A stretch of 64,000 bases of DNA from NCBI RefSeq assembly GCF_009914755.1, contig NC_060929.1; one strand, 5' to 3'. The notes beneath the pieces were generated by a model. That model saw only the letters and a list, made by a program, of their open reading frames with translations, was not told the DNA's origin and did no database searches. The DNA is from the human T2T-CHM13v2.0 reference genome, Homo sapiens. Positions 28,828 to 43,459 of the stretch are shown piece by piece (within the stretch, counting starts at the first letter, position 1; each line of letters begins with the position of its first letter). A program made the position numbers and the translations under genes.

Positions 28828-31186
28828 TTATAGTTTCTTATGCTTTCTTTGTCATGTGTTTTGATGAATACTTTTTAAACCAAGAAAGGAGTTTTAACGC
28901 TTGGTTCTCTCATACCCTTTGTGTTGCATATAAATTTAAGCAAAACTGACCCCAGTTGATAGTGACTAGCATGAATGATTTACACTAACTTTCCCTATGG
29001 CAATGGGTCAGTTCTTATTATAACGTGATCAAAATGATTTCTCATATTCTTCAAAATGTTAAAAACCAATTTCCTTAACAGCTACCATTTAGTGATAAAT
29101 GAGAAAATAAAAGTAACTTTGGGCACACAGATTTCTTCCCTTAAAAGTAAAAAATACTCATTTTAAGACTTTTTAAAATATAAACTTCATGTTTACTTTA
29201 AAATATTTCAAACAGGTCTTTGTTCTAACAATTCTTTTTAAATTCATACAACTTCAATGTATGCAAGGGTTTTCATTAAACTAAATGTGGTTCATTTATT
29301 TTTCTGACCTGTTTCCTTATTTGTTGTCATTTCAAAAGTATTCTGCTAGTAAACATCTGTTATTTTTGCAAACCCACTATGATGTAAACAGATGTGAGCT
29401 TTTATTTAGATTATATATCAGGAAACAAGCAGCTGGGCTTTATTATAGAAGCCACTCAATATTATCTTTGAACAGACAATTCTTTATTCTTTGACTATTG
29501 GAAAACACAAGTTCCTAAAACTGAGCAGATGTCAACCATCCTAAAAGCTTAATTTTAAACATGTAATCTGAACACCCACTGTGCCATCGTGACCAGCACC
29601 TCATCAGAGAGATACAGAACTCTGACTCTCTCAAGCTGACAGTTTAGAAAATGGAAATAATGTATCTAGATCTCACTTGCTATCACAAAACATGAGCAAA
29701 CATTGCTGCATATCTTGTAAATTATTTTACTATTTCTTTACTATGCTCTGCGCATGGCGATAGGTTCCCTTGAGATCTCTATCCTACCCTTCACCTCCAG
29801 TCAGGCAGATATCATCTTTTTCCCTCTCAAAGCAGGCCTGCCAAAAACATACTAGTCCTGTTTCACAAAGCAGTTGGAATAATGGGGAGAGCAGAAGAAA
29901 GGGGTGCAGTAAGCAAGATAAAACCATGTCAGGTACTCCAGTTGTCAAAACAGTTTAAAATCAGTGCTATTTTTAGAAGGTTCTTATTTTTGATACACAA
30001 AAAAAGTATCACTTTATTTTTCTGAGAATAAATAACAACCACTAACTCTGCAATTAAATTGTAACTACTGACCATGTAAGTATATGGAAGCTACAGTACC
30101 ATGTAATCACAGGGTAACTATCTGGTTATTTCCGTCTTTGAAGCTAAAGCCTTGTCATAAGATCTAAGAGCTGCATGTTACATGGTAATTTGTTGGTTTT
30201 TAAAATACTTGGTAACTTCAATAACAGGTTCTCAATGCATCCACTTATTTACACTGTACAACTCTTCTAGCTCCCAATTTGCATAAGAGGAAACATAATA
30301 CCCCTATGTTGAACATATAGTGAGATGATACCTGTTCTTCACGGAAAACATCATATAAAATTGCTCATTAGTAGTACACTGACATACTGAAATAGTTTGA
30401 AACATGAGATGGATTCATTTTCAACCACTCTGTTTACTTCAAGGCAAATAAGGAAAATATGATGCTGCCAGGAGAGGGGAAGACCAATACTTTAATTCTT
30501 ATCTCAGGCTACCAGCTGCACCATACCACTTTCTCCTTCTCATTCTGTTTGCTGCTTCCATGACTGTTTGAAGTATGTCAGGTTTGGAAAACTCTATATG
30601 GATGCTCTTGCAAAAAGAAAAACTCTCTGGGAAGGGCCTCTAAAGGAGAGATGAAATGGCCTTAGAAAAAGTGGAAAGTCCTTTAAGAGAGCTTCTTATT
30701 AGCTGCTCCTCTCTGTTGTAGCAACATTTATTATGATAATAACTCGGGCATAAATCAAACCACAGGAACCTTCAGTGCCTGCGAGGTGACAGGAGCGATT
30801 CTGATGAATAAAACTCCACTCTGTTTTTCTCAATACTCTATAGTGATTAGGACAATCAAGAAAATGAAAATCATAAACTTCAATCTAGAGGAAAGGGTAA
30901 AACGGAAAAGTTAATGAAACTAGGCATGGCTGTTGAATTTTTTTAAAAATCCTGATTACCTTTTATTAAGATATTATAAATGTTTCACCCTGCCCTGGAA
31001 TCAACTTCAAGGAATTTCAAATATTGTGGTCTGCACATAATCAATGAGATTTAGGTGAAGGGAAACTAATGAAGCTTGATGATGAATAATTTTAATTGAT
31101 CCTGGGTCTGGCTGCACTGGGAATCATCAGGCTTCAATTTGGGATTTCAAAACATGGCTAAATGAAAATAGGTAAACTATAACTGA

Positions 31187-31498
<312 letters not shown>

Positions 31499-31987
31499 TC
31501 AAATGGGTCTTAAAGCATACTCATAAGAACATATGATGAGAAGGAAAAAAATAAGTATAAAGAATAAAGCTGCTTAATAAAAGGTATTTATCAAACACAT
31601 ATGGAAATGTATAACAAGAAAAAATGCAAGGATATCCATAACTAATTGGTCTCTTTGGAAAAAATGCAAGGTTGTAGCATTTTGGCATTGTTATCTCTTT
31701 GAGTTTTCATTGTATCCCATTATATTCCAACTATGCTGCACTACAACCTTGCAGCTCAAATTAAGTTATTTTTACTTTTAAGCAGAAGGAGAGTTCTGAT
31801 GTCTAATTTATTTCAGGTTTTTAAAAACACTGTTTTTCCTAAGTATGAATTCAATATTTTAAAAATATTATCCTAACAGCCTTCGGGTATTAGTAATGCC
31901 AAGCTCATGTTTCTAATTAGCCAGAAAGCAGGTACGCAGTAAAACATATTTGTGTAAAAAGGAGGGATAGTAAACTTAACTTCACAC

Positions 31988-32138
31988 CTCATAAAAAGCT
32001 TTGTAGTCATCCCAGTGGTGGCTCTCAGCATCCTGTAAAATGCTTGTAGCACAAACTCTGACGCAGTAGTTCGTAACCTGAAACTGTAGAGTGTTGATGA
32101 ATTCCTGATATCGTTGGACAAGCACCAGGAATATGGGT
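31988..32138 (-). CDS. KIAA0825: KIAA0825 coding exon, 151 nt, phase 2-0 ([50 protein letters not shown])
   Basis: Acceptor ctctctgaacAG, donor GAG|GTGTGA, open frame. Confidence 0.9.
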
Positions 32139-33493
32139 CTGTTCAGAGAGAATGATCAAAGAGACAGAGATTTAAGGCCTGTGCAGTAGGAGATAACAAT
32201 CTCCAGTACTACAAATGGTTTTGATTATTAGATATCAATCATTCATTTCCTCTTAATGCTGAAGTCTGCATCCACATTCACTTTCCAAAAAGGAAAAAAA
32301 AAAATAAAAAAGCTGGTCTTTGTTTTGCAAGCCCTTTGAAAACGTACATCTGCTGTTCTACAAATACGCACTTCAACTTGAGACAAACTGTATTGTCAAT
32401 ACATCATTCAAAAATGAAAGTATTCTTTGTAAGCCTGTTATTAGAGATCAGTGCATTATTTAGGCATTAGGTTATTGTTATTACTAGAGAACAACATGCA
32501 CTTGTCAGAACCAACTTTTATAAAGCTATCAAATGTCCCACAAACACATTCTTTATTTTTAAAAATTGTAATTTTGTAGATATCAATTATCTCATAAACT
32601 GTTTTTTAAAATTCTACAGAAATATTAAATAAAATGATTTCTGGCACATTTTGTTTATAAATTCAAGCATGAATCACAACATCTGACTACTTATGAGAAT
32701 TAAAGAAATATCACAGTTATACCCTACATCAAGCCAAATTTATTCTACTTTTATCTTTAGCTATGAATATCACACTGCTTTCTTTCATAACTAACGGACT
32801 GCAAAGGCTGGATAAAGAATATAGAATAGATTCTCGGGGTCACACAGGACTGCTAAGTCTACGTGTTTCTTTTGCAAGAAGCCATGTTATATCTAGACAG
32901 TGTAAGGGCAACAAGAAAGACCATATGATAATTAATGCCTGTGGTCATTTTTATCTCTACACAGAAAACATACTGCAGTTTTAGACTACAGATACATGAA
33001 AATTAGACTGCCAGATGCTTCCTCTTCAAATATTATACTTTACTACTAAATGGCTGTCCTGAAATATGTTTACCTTGATCATTAGAAGAGATTACAATGC
33101 ATTTATTTTCTAAGTCCGCTCCACGAGACAACAAGTTTATTTTTCCTTTTCAGTGTGGTCAGTATAATGCACCTTACAAAACGAAAGGGTGTGTTTATTC
33201 ATGTAATAACAACATGCGGAAAATAGTTGCGCTGGGTTAGGGTGCAGAAAATGCGTGGGTTTTTGAGTGTGCCTTTAGAGATAGTACCTTTCTTACTATC
33301 TATGTATCTAGTTTAATATATCCCATGCTCCACCTTTTTGATATTTCCTAGTTAAGACAAATGAAAATAATTCACCTTGTTAATTATTATTTTCTCTTTC
33401 TCAAATCTTATTACCAAAATTTCATTCCTGTGATATCCAAAGATTACACGTTTCTTTAAGCGTGGCCATCATCTTAATTTAAACAACACTCAC

Positions 33494-33759
33494 TTTTTAG
33501 TCATTTCCTTCATCAAATTATCATATCGCTTGAAATGCTGGAAGACATACACCGCTGTGGAGAGGTATGTGTGCAAGTTTTTCAGGGGTGCTTTGGAAGG
33601 AACCTCCTTGGCTCTCTCTTGCAGTCTCTGCAGGACAGCTGTTGCCACTTTACAACAGGCCTCCACCAAGTTTGCTCTAATTTCCTGAAAAGAATCATCT
33701 CTGCATGCCAGAGCCAGTGGAAGCATTGTGTCAAGTTTTTCCATGATGTCAGAACAAAA
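33494..33759 (-). CDS. KIAA0825: KIAA0825 coding exon, 266 nt, phase 0-2 ([19 protein letters not shown]...LMKEMTK)
   Basis: Overlaps ORF 33490..33744. Acceptor tttctccctAG, donor AA|GTGAGT. Confidence 0.92.
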
Positions 33760-34491
33760 CTAGGGAGAAATAAATGTGGCACTGAGTTATTTGTATTCTG
33801 ACAGCACCAAGTAATTTATGGACAGTGGAGCCAAATTCCTAAATAATGAATTTGGCATCAAACATAAATATAATGACGCAGCTTTGTAATAATCGATTTC
33901 TCAGTTGTAGAAAGTTAAATGTTTTATGTCAAATAAGGAAATACCAAAACAATGCTTCTCTCTATATAACTTTCAAACCTTATGCTTACCAGACAGACAT
34001 TAGGAAAAACTCATGAACCAGCTATACATGACAATACCTTTATCTGTAGTTAGTAGGACTCAGAAAATATATCCTTGATATTGTATAATATCAAGAAAAT
34101 GTATCCTTCATATTAACGTTTGCATTATTTTTTAAACTTATTCTAATTTTCTTTTGCTAAATTGCCATAAAGGGTTTTTAAAAATTAAATGCCACATATA
34201 AATGTCAGTGCAATTTAAATAATTTAGAAGAATCAGAAACAGTCTCATGTAGCATCTTCTTATTGGTAGGGTGTCAGCAACTTTTAGAAGTGATGAGTCT
34301 AGCCTTTCCCAATTTATTATGTATCTTCTCTTCCTTAATGGCAGAAGGGAGGTGTGATGAATGGAAAAGTAAAGCCTATCTCCACATTGGATCAGTCAAC
34401 ACAGTTACCTAGGGAATGTTCTGGAGACTTAGAGTGACTGTGGCAGAATAAGGAGGTCATCGTCAAAAATTCTTTTAAGAATATCCCAATC

Positions 34492-34795
<304 letters not shown>

Positions 34796-35319
34796 AAGAA
34801 TATCCCAATCATAGGTTGCTGAAATCATTCTGGATTTAATGCCAAGTGACTGTATTTACCTCCTATTTTCTCAGTATGTTCTGTGACTTTCAAAGCACAT
34901 ATGGAGATGTAAGACTGATACTAATGAGATGAAAAGCTCATTAAGGTGAATGAAGATTTTTTTAAGTGCCCAAAGCTAGAAAAGACAGCACTTCCTTCAA
35001 CCTCCTAAATTTTCCTGGAGTCATTCAAACGTATAATCAAAACAGGTGGTTTTCCCAGGGTTTCCCAGCTCCCCATGAAGTCACAGAGGCCCCTTTTTGG
35101 TTGCCTCAGATTCATGGAGCAACAAGTTAGCACCAGGTATAAGTCCTTTCGGGCAGCAGTGGCCCATGGATACCACTGAAGAAAACTGGTACTGGGTCAA
35201 GTACCAAGTACTTGCCAAGGGACTCCACCATTTGATCTACAGGTCCTTTTTGCAATGCCTTATACTAAAATAAATCCCATCATGCCAGTCAGCAGTTTGA
35301 AAGGATTTCATATACTTGC

Positions 35320-35547
35320 TTTTCCAATTTTCTTTGGTTGTTCCTCCTCAGGAAACATATGGCTGTCTTGCCAAACTTGCTGGACATTTACAAGGTTCAT
35401 AGCATAGCTCACAGCTGAAGACCTTTCATTCTGTTCCTGTTGGAGAATTTTTGTGGAAAAACCTTCAATTGCAGTTACTACGCAGTGCGCCATGGGAAGA
35501 GACACTTCTTTAAATGCACTTCTCCAGCCAAAATCTAGTAAGGTAGC
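35320..35547 (-). CDS. KIAA0825: KIAA0825 coding exon, 228 nt, phase 0-0 ([15 protein letters not shown]...[10 protein letters not shown]); GC donor
   Basis: Lies within ORF 35308..35574. Acceptor atttcAG|GCT. The in-frame donor is AAA|GCAAGT, and the next exon starts in phase 0. Confidence 0.88.
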
Positions 35548-36849
35548 CTGAAATATCAATGTATATGAAGTCATGTTAATCTTAACTCAGCAACAAATGT
35601 TTCTATTGTTATAGATATAAAATTATTACTTTCATTCAACATGTTGAATATATTCTTTGATATACTGTAAAAGCCATTCTTACAACCTAAAAAATATTAC
35701 CTAGTGAATAAAGCAATATACAAAAACATGTGCATTCTTTACACACAGTAATATACTGACATTTCATTTTAATTCATCAGTAGATTTAATAAAAAACTTT
35801 TTAAAAAATTTAATCTCTTAAATATAGTTCAATAAAGCCATCTTTACAAGAACAGAAAGCTACAGTTACTATTTATCACATAAAACAACCTTTAAATTCA
35901 ACATATTTAATAAAGTCTAAATTAGATTTTTATAGTCTTTTTTATAGTTTATTGTTAACAAGTATTGCAACATAAGGCAGCATTTAATATTCAACTTTCA
36001 TTTCTTTTTCACTCACAGAACTCCAGACAAGCCAAAAAATAGCAATAAGAAATAAATTTCTCAGAGAAAACATACCACTGCACTTCCTAGATTTTTACTT
36101 GCTTAGAATTTTAGTCTCTCCAGCTGCAAAGTCATAAGCAGCACTACTTTTGTTCCAAGAATGAAGAATTAAAAGAATCTGCACTGTTCTATTGTGGTGG
36201 TTGGGGGGGTACTTGGAAGGGAGTAGAAGGGGTTGAGCTACAGTTGAGGGGCTGATGTTTTCTTTTTTCCTTTGGTCTATGGCTCATAAGGCAATATATT
36301 TATGAATGTATATTTTCTCCAGGTCTCCTAACATTCTCTAAAGTTCAAAAGCATTATGGGTAGCAGGCTGAACCTATGCTTAGGATTCAACTTTCCCTGT
36401 TTTAATGTAACTTTGTTTACAGTAACGTGCCACCTACCCCAACTTCAGAAAACCCTGAGCTCCATGTCCCTGACTGAATCACTTATTTTTCTTGATCTCA
36501 GGGGTTTTTTTGCTAGAAAAACAACAGAGTTGAATTGTATGATTTCTATGGTCCCTTTTATTTTAAAATTACTGAAATTATGATCATAAGCCTAATTTTC
36601 TTATATGTACAACTCATTCAGCAATAATTTATTTTTTCACATATACTGTACAAAGTAATAAAGGTGATTCATTTTTTAGAGCTAAAATTATATGATTCCA
36701 TGACTCTATAATCAGAAACATGGCTCTTGCTCTCATTACGCTCATAACTAAATTTTAACGGAACTTTCTGAAGATTATTTGGATCTCAAGCATCAGAGGG
36801 CCTAAAACACATCTCTCTTATCTTATATTTGCATAAAATTCATCAAAAA

Positions 36850-37214
<365 letters not shown>

Positions 37215-37486
37215 CTATGACAGTAATTCCTTGGGACACATTTATGAAAAAAATGTAAAAATAAAACTACCTCCATGAAAATTCAAACAAAAAAATTCTG
37301 ATTTTTGTTTTCCCTATCAGGGCATGTCTATTTACTAAAGTCATTCATTTATTCCTTCAAGCAAATATGTCCTAGTGGAAAATGTCATTAATTGCCATGG
37401 CTGTATTGAATTTTTAAAAATTTTTTGGGCAGTGAAAGTTACCTTTGCCCATGATAATATACATGTAATTATAATATGTTGGCCTA

Positions 37487-37877
<391 letters not shown>

Positions 37878-38215
37878 TTACTTATTCAAACCTCCAATAG
37901 TTTATTTGTTCTTATGAAATATAGTTTGCTTACTTCTACTCTTCTCATCTAATATTTGGCATCATACATATTCCATTTAGACTAGAGAACACTTACTAGT
38001 TGTTCCAAGAAAAAACAGAATCACATGGTTTTCTCTTCTATGCACGAAGTAGATAATCTGTTGAATCTCTATTTCTATTATTTAGTGCTCATTTCTTAGT
38101 ACTGATTTTGATTTTTGGTTAAAGCATAATATATAACTTAGGATTTTCCCGATTATTAAAGGCGAAAACTCTGTTAAAACTATGTGTTGTTTTGTCTCTT
38201 TAAATATTTACCTAG

Positions 38216-38740
38216 TGTATCAGTCAGGGTCCATTCAAAAAGCAGAAACCACTCAAGATTTTTCAAAAGGAAGAATTTTAATGTAGGGTTTTGGTTACCT
38301 GCATGATGGAAGATTTGAGAAGTCAAACATGGACTGTGAAGCAGGCCAGATATTAATGGAGCAGGAGGCCGCAACCACCCCTAGGGCTGGAGGAATTTAG
38401 AAAAGGGACTAAGTTATGGAAGAGTAGCTCCTGGGGCTACCAGTCGAAGCTAAAGCCCAAGCAGACCTGCCAGGTAGAACTGAAGTCATGCAGGGAAGGC
38501 TGCATGGTGGGAACAGGGCTCAGGGTGGAGATAAAGGTGTCACAGCCATTATCAGAGATGTTCCTTAAGACAGAGAGAGGAGAAGAAAGGCTCTGATTTC
38601 TCTGCAACTCCTATGCTCCATCAATGCCTTCCATGAGGTCTTCCATCAATGCCTTTAATTGGCTAAACCGTCCCAGAATCCGAAAGCAAGGGGGCCTGGA
38701 AAGTGTAATTCTCTACAATCTAGAGCAGAGCAGAGTGGTA
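38216..38740 (-). mobile_element. Probable old LTR (MaLR/ERVL class)
   Basis: Begins tgtatcagtcagggtcc...cagaaaccactcaag, typical of reversed MLT-type LTR ends; GC is higher than the flanks. Confidence 0.45.
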
Positions 38741-39138
38741 ACAGGTTTTGGGACCAAACAATCACAGGATGGGGATCAAAAATATGAGGCCAGTTGAGAT
38801 GATTGTTTCCTTTTCCTTTTTAATCTCCATTTTCTCGCTATTCGACAATTATCTATAGCCCACATCCTCTAAGTGCAGGCCCTGAGTCAGGATAATAACA
38901 AAGATCTCTTGAGTTCCATCTCTCTATTCCTCCCATGGAATAGATTTTATATGAAGACAGCATCCCCACTAAAGTGAATTCTCATCAAAAACTTATAAGC
39001 CAATTTTCAATCCAAAATTGAAAAATTATTTTTTTGTAGCAAAGGGTAAAACTCAAGACATCTTGATTCATAATGGATTCACAGGCATATGATGATATTA
39101 TATGTGAATTATAAAACACTTCTTTTTCCTTCACTTAC

Positions 39139-39233
39139 CTCTTTTCCTGGTAGTGATTGCTCGGAAGGAATATTGGTTTCGTTTGCTCTAGGTTTTTCCA
39201 TTACAACCTCTCTATCGGATTTCTCCAAAATTC
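39139..39233 (-). CDS. KIAA0825: KIAA0825 coding exon, 95 nt, phase 1-0 (GILEKSDREVVMEKPRANETNIPSEQSLPGKE)
   Basis: Acceptor ttctattgcttAG, donor GAG|GTAAGT, open frame. Confidence 0.9.
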
Positions 39234-40478
39234 CTAAGCAATAGAAAAGAAAACAAACACACTAATATATATTGTTTAAAAAGCATACTAGATGTGATTT
39301 ATAAATTCAGGTAAATATTAACTACGTAGAAAAGTTCTATCCACAGTACATACATACATATACACATCCACAAATAACAATATATAGAGAATATAGTCAA
39401 AAAGATGGAGGCTGATGTCACCATTACAATAATGACAGAATCAAGATAGATAGAGTCCTTTTTCACATAAAACTTGATGAAATCTACATCCCAATTACAT
39501 TCATTTTTGATGTACATAAACGTATAATCTTCAAAATAAAGATTTTTGTCATTAGTTTATTTTCAGGTTGATAATGTAAGAGGACAAAATAAATATTATT
39601 TCCTTGTTCATTTAAAAAGTTAATTCTAAAGTACTATATTTTAAAAATGGTGGTATTTCCTAGCATGTTAACTTCAAACAAAGAAGAAAAATACATAAAC
39701 ATCAGCATAACGAGAAAAATTATACCCTTAAGCATATCAACGATTCATTTAAAAAACACAAACTCTGAGACAGGCATAAAATAATCCCTAGTTCCGAAAA
39801 TGGAAATATTTCCACAACTTTTGTTTTTTACAATTAAGAAACTCTTTTCCATGGGAAAAAAAATTTGATCTATAAAAATGTAATAAATAACTACTCCAAA
39901 ATAAATCTTTCTACTTTTCCATTAAGATTAGATTAATGATAATTTGATTCAGTATGAATAATTTAAGGTTTACTTTTTTTGGCTTAGACATGGTGTATGA
40001 TGATGAATTCTATGTTATGATCTAACTTTTCTTTTTTCCCCATGATTTACCAAGAATCAATTTCTTTATGCCTGGGCAAAGCAAATTTCAAAATCTAACT
40101 GTCTTTATCAGTAGGGATTCTGACCAATAGAGTCATCCAGTAGATGCGTGTTTTCTTTTCCTAAATCTGGCTCTATGAACTTAATTGTGAATGATTTCTA
40201 AGGAATACAGTTGATGAAATAGAAGTGTTTTGTTCTGATGTTAATTTCAACCATCTTGTGCATAAAGTGCGTTAAAGGTAAAAATTCCATTTGGTTGGCA
40301 ATAACATCACTATTTTGGGAAATTTTATCAGAGTTTACATATTCTGAGGAAAAGTTTTCATCAACTCTAGTATTTCTTAATCATCTTTGGATTTGTGAAC
40401 ACTCTAAGAACATGATTAAAGTGACAGAACACTGCAAACAAAAATGCATAACATGACTGTATGGCAGGCACATGTGCA

Positions 40479-40479
<1 letters not shown>

Positions 40480-40511
<32 letters not shown>
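40480..40511 (+). repeat. (CA)n microsatellite
   Basis: About 16 CA units. Confidence 0.95.
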
Positions 40512-40513
<2 letters not shown>

Positions 40514-40964
40514 TTGGGGATTTCCAGGCCCTCTTGTAAATCTCATTAACTAATCCAATGGACTGCAGTTTAAGAATCCTATTCCATTTCTCAAGACACA
40601 TCACAACACAGAGAGGGTTTTAGACTCAAACAGTGTTAGACCATTTAACTTAAAATGATTTTTTATGGCTTGTATTTTATGATGTATTTTCAAGAAGATA
40701 GTGTTACAAATAAGGATCACTTCTAATTGAAATAAAATCCAGATTAGTCAAAGATTTTTAAATAAAGAAAAATGCAACTATAAGCTCATTAAAAGAAAAT
40801 ATGGAAATTTTTTTAAAAGATCCACATAGAGAAGACTTTTCAGGACATGAAATGCAGAAACCATAAAGTAAGTCTGCACAACAAAAATACCATCAACTGT
40901 CAAAGTAGATATGAGAAGCTGACTTGCCAATCTTTCTCAAAATGTCCACTTTCTGAAAATTAAT

Positions 40965-42075
40965 AGTTTATTTTTTAGCAAAGTTTCCAGTTTACAAAAA
41001 AATTGAGCAGAAAGTACAGAAAGTTCACATATACTTCCTCCCTGCCCTTAGTTTCCTCTACTGTTAACATCTTGCAATATATGGTATATTTGTTACAGCT
41101 GGTAAACAAATATAAAAATATTATTATTAACTAAGTCTACAGTTTACATTAGGGTTCACTCTTTGTGTTGTGCAATTCTATGGGTTTTGCCAAATGTATA
41201 ATGTCATGTACCCCCCATTACTCTGTCACACAGAATAGTGTCCATGCTTTAAAAATTCACTTTGCACCACTTACACATCCCTCCTCCCCATAACCCCACC
41301 CTGGTACCCACTAATCTATTTGCTGTCTTTATAGTTTTGCCTTTTTCATAATGTCATATAGTTGGAATCATATAGTATGTAGCCTTTTCACATTGGCTTC
41401 TTTCGCTTAGTGATATGCATTTAAGGTTCCTCCATGTCTCTTAATGGCTTGACATCTCATTTCTTTTTATCGATGAATAATATTCCATTGTATTGATGTA
41501 CCAAAATTTGTTTATACATTCACCTACTGAAGAACATTTTAGCTGCTTCCAAGTTTTGGCAGTTATGAATAACGCTGCTATAAACATTCCTGTGCAGGTT
41601 TTTGTACGGATGTAAGTTTTCAACTCATTTGGATAAATACCTACGAGTGCAATTGCTGGATTGTATGGTAAAACTATGTTTAGCTTTGTAAGATACTGCC
41701 AAACTGTCTTCCAAAGAGCCTGTACCATTTTGCATTCCTAACAGCAATGAATGAGAGTTGTTCCACATCCTTGCCAGAATTTGGTGTTGTATCTGTTTTG
41801 GATTTTAGCCATTCTAATAGGTGTGTAGTGTCATCTTGTTTTAGTTTGCATTTTCCTAATGACATGATGTTGAGCATCTTTTCATATGCTTATTTGCCAT
41901 CTGTGTATCCTCTTTGGTGAGGTGTCTGTTCAGATCTTTTATGAATTTTTAAATTGGGTTGTTTGTTTTCTTGTTGAATTTTAAGAGTTCTTTGTATATT
42001 TTGGATACAAGTTCTTTATCATATATGTGTTTTGCAAATAGTTTTTTCTTAGTTTGTGGCTTATCTTTTCATCCT
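40965..42075 (-). mobile_element. L1M (L1MC-like) 3' end with ORF2 C-terminal remnant
   Basis: ORF 41441..41728 LWKTVWQYLTKLNIVLPYNPAIALVGIYPNELKTY...WYINTMEYYSSIKRNE is the L1 ORF2 C-terminus; L1M 3'UTR motifs follow. Confidence 0.93.
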
Positions 42076-43459
42076 CTTTCTGATCATGCCTGTTTATTTA
42101 GCAATTCTACTTTTGAAATTTACCATCCAGATATAGTCGTGTACATATAAGAAATAATTAAGGAAATTTGCCATATAATGTTTTGTGGTAGCAAATGAAG
42201 AGAGAAAAAAATCCTAACTGTCCATCAATGAATAACTGGTTAAATTATGATACATGCACCAATGGAAAACTATTCCTCTAGTAGAAATAACAAGGTGTTT
42301 CTACATTTTCTAAATTGTTATAAAAGAGAATTTCTACATAGTATGACAAGGTTTTGAGTTATTTTTAACATGGAGGTATGTATGAAGTAGTTACTCTTTC
42401 ACCCTATTTAAAAGTTTTCAGTTTTTTAGAACAGAAAAAATAATAAAGATCAAGTTGTTAATGACAAGAAGGGACAAAGTTGGATTCTGAATGTCACTTT
42501 ACTTTTCTATAGATAGCTCATTTAGAAGGTATTTACTTTGGAAAAATAATACTAGATTGAAGTATAAGCTTTGCAGATCTGTTTCTGGAAGTAACTGTCT
42601 GCTATTGTGTAGCTATAGTTTAAGACTTACGGAAAAAGTTAATTATCTTGTATTTATCATTTCACTCCCAAATACATTATGTTTATTCACTCAAAGTAAT
42701 GTGCTCAGATGTTTATACAAACCATCTGCCTATATTCAAGATGACTAAGGAAAAAAAGAAGCTTTCCAAGATTCCTCTTGCTGGTGAGCAATTCTACAGT
42801 AAGATATAGAAAATGAATTATGAAGCAATTATGATAGCCTTTAAAATATAATCCCTCTCCCCCAAATTAAAATGGTTTAAAAAAACTTAATTCTGTACAG
42901 GGAAGCAAAAGTTATCATCTTTAGATAGGATTACTAACATGGGATCTACACTAATGTGATATATTCTGGATTTAACAAATTGTGGCATTTTTACATTTGT
43001 CTGGAATTCAAAATGGTCAATGTTGAAATTTGGCAATGTAAAACTCTATGAACTCTAAACATTTGATGAATTATTTCATATATTTTAAAAATGTATTTAA
43101 AATCTATACACTTATTATCATTGTCTAGAGAAGGTAGCCCACTTTCGGCTCATCACTGTAAAATATAGTTATTTGCATGCAGTCAATACTGGTTTCTTTA
43201 AAAGCATGCCTAGATTAAGAACCTCAGAAGAGTGCAGAGGGTCACAAGAATGCCAGCTGCTCAACAGCTTCCCCTACAGAGTTCTTTGTGGTTCATTTTA
43301 TACTTCTGGTTAGTTTCTACACTGCCGCTTTCTTTCATAGAGAGTAGAGGTTGGCAGTACTTCCCTGTGACATCCACTTTCACACCCAAATTGGTGTTCA
43401 TAGGTTCCCATTGTATGCACTACAAAGCAACTTGCCTTGTTGGCAGCTCTAAGTGGGAA

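Noticed and set aside
31666-31753. 13-bp inverted repeat tgcaaggttgtag / ctacaaccttgca
   Set aside because: Too short and imperfect to call a MITE or structured RNA, and no target-site duplication is evident.
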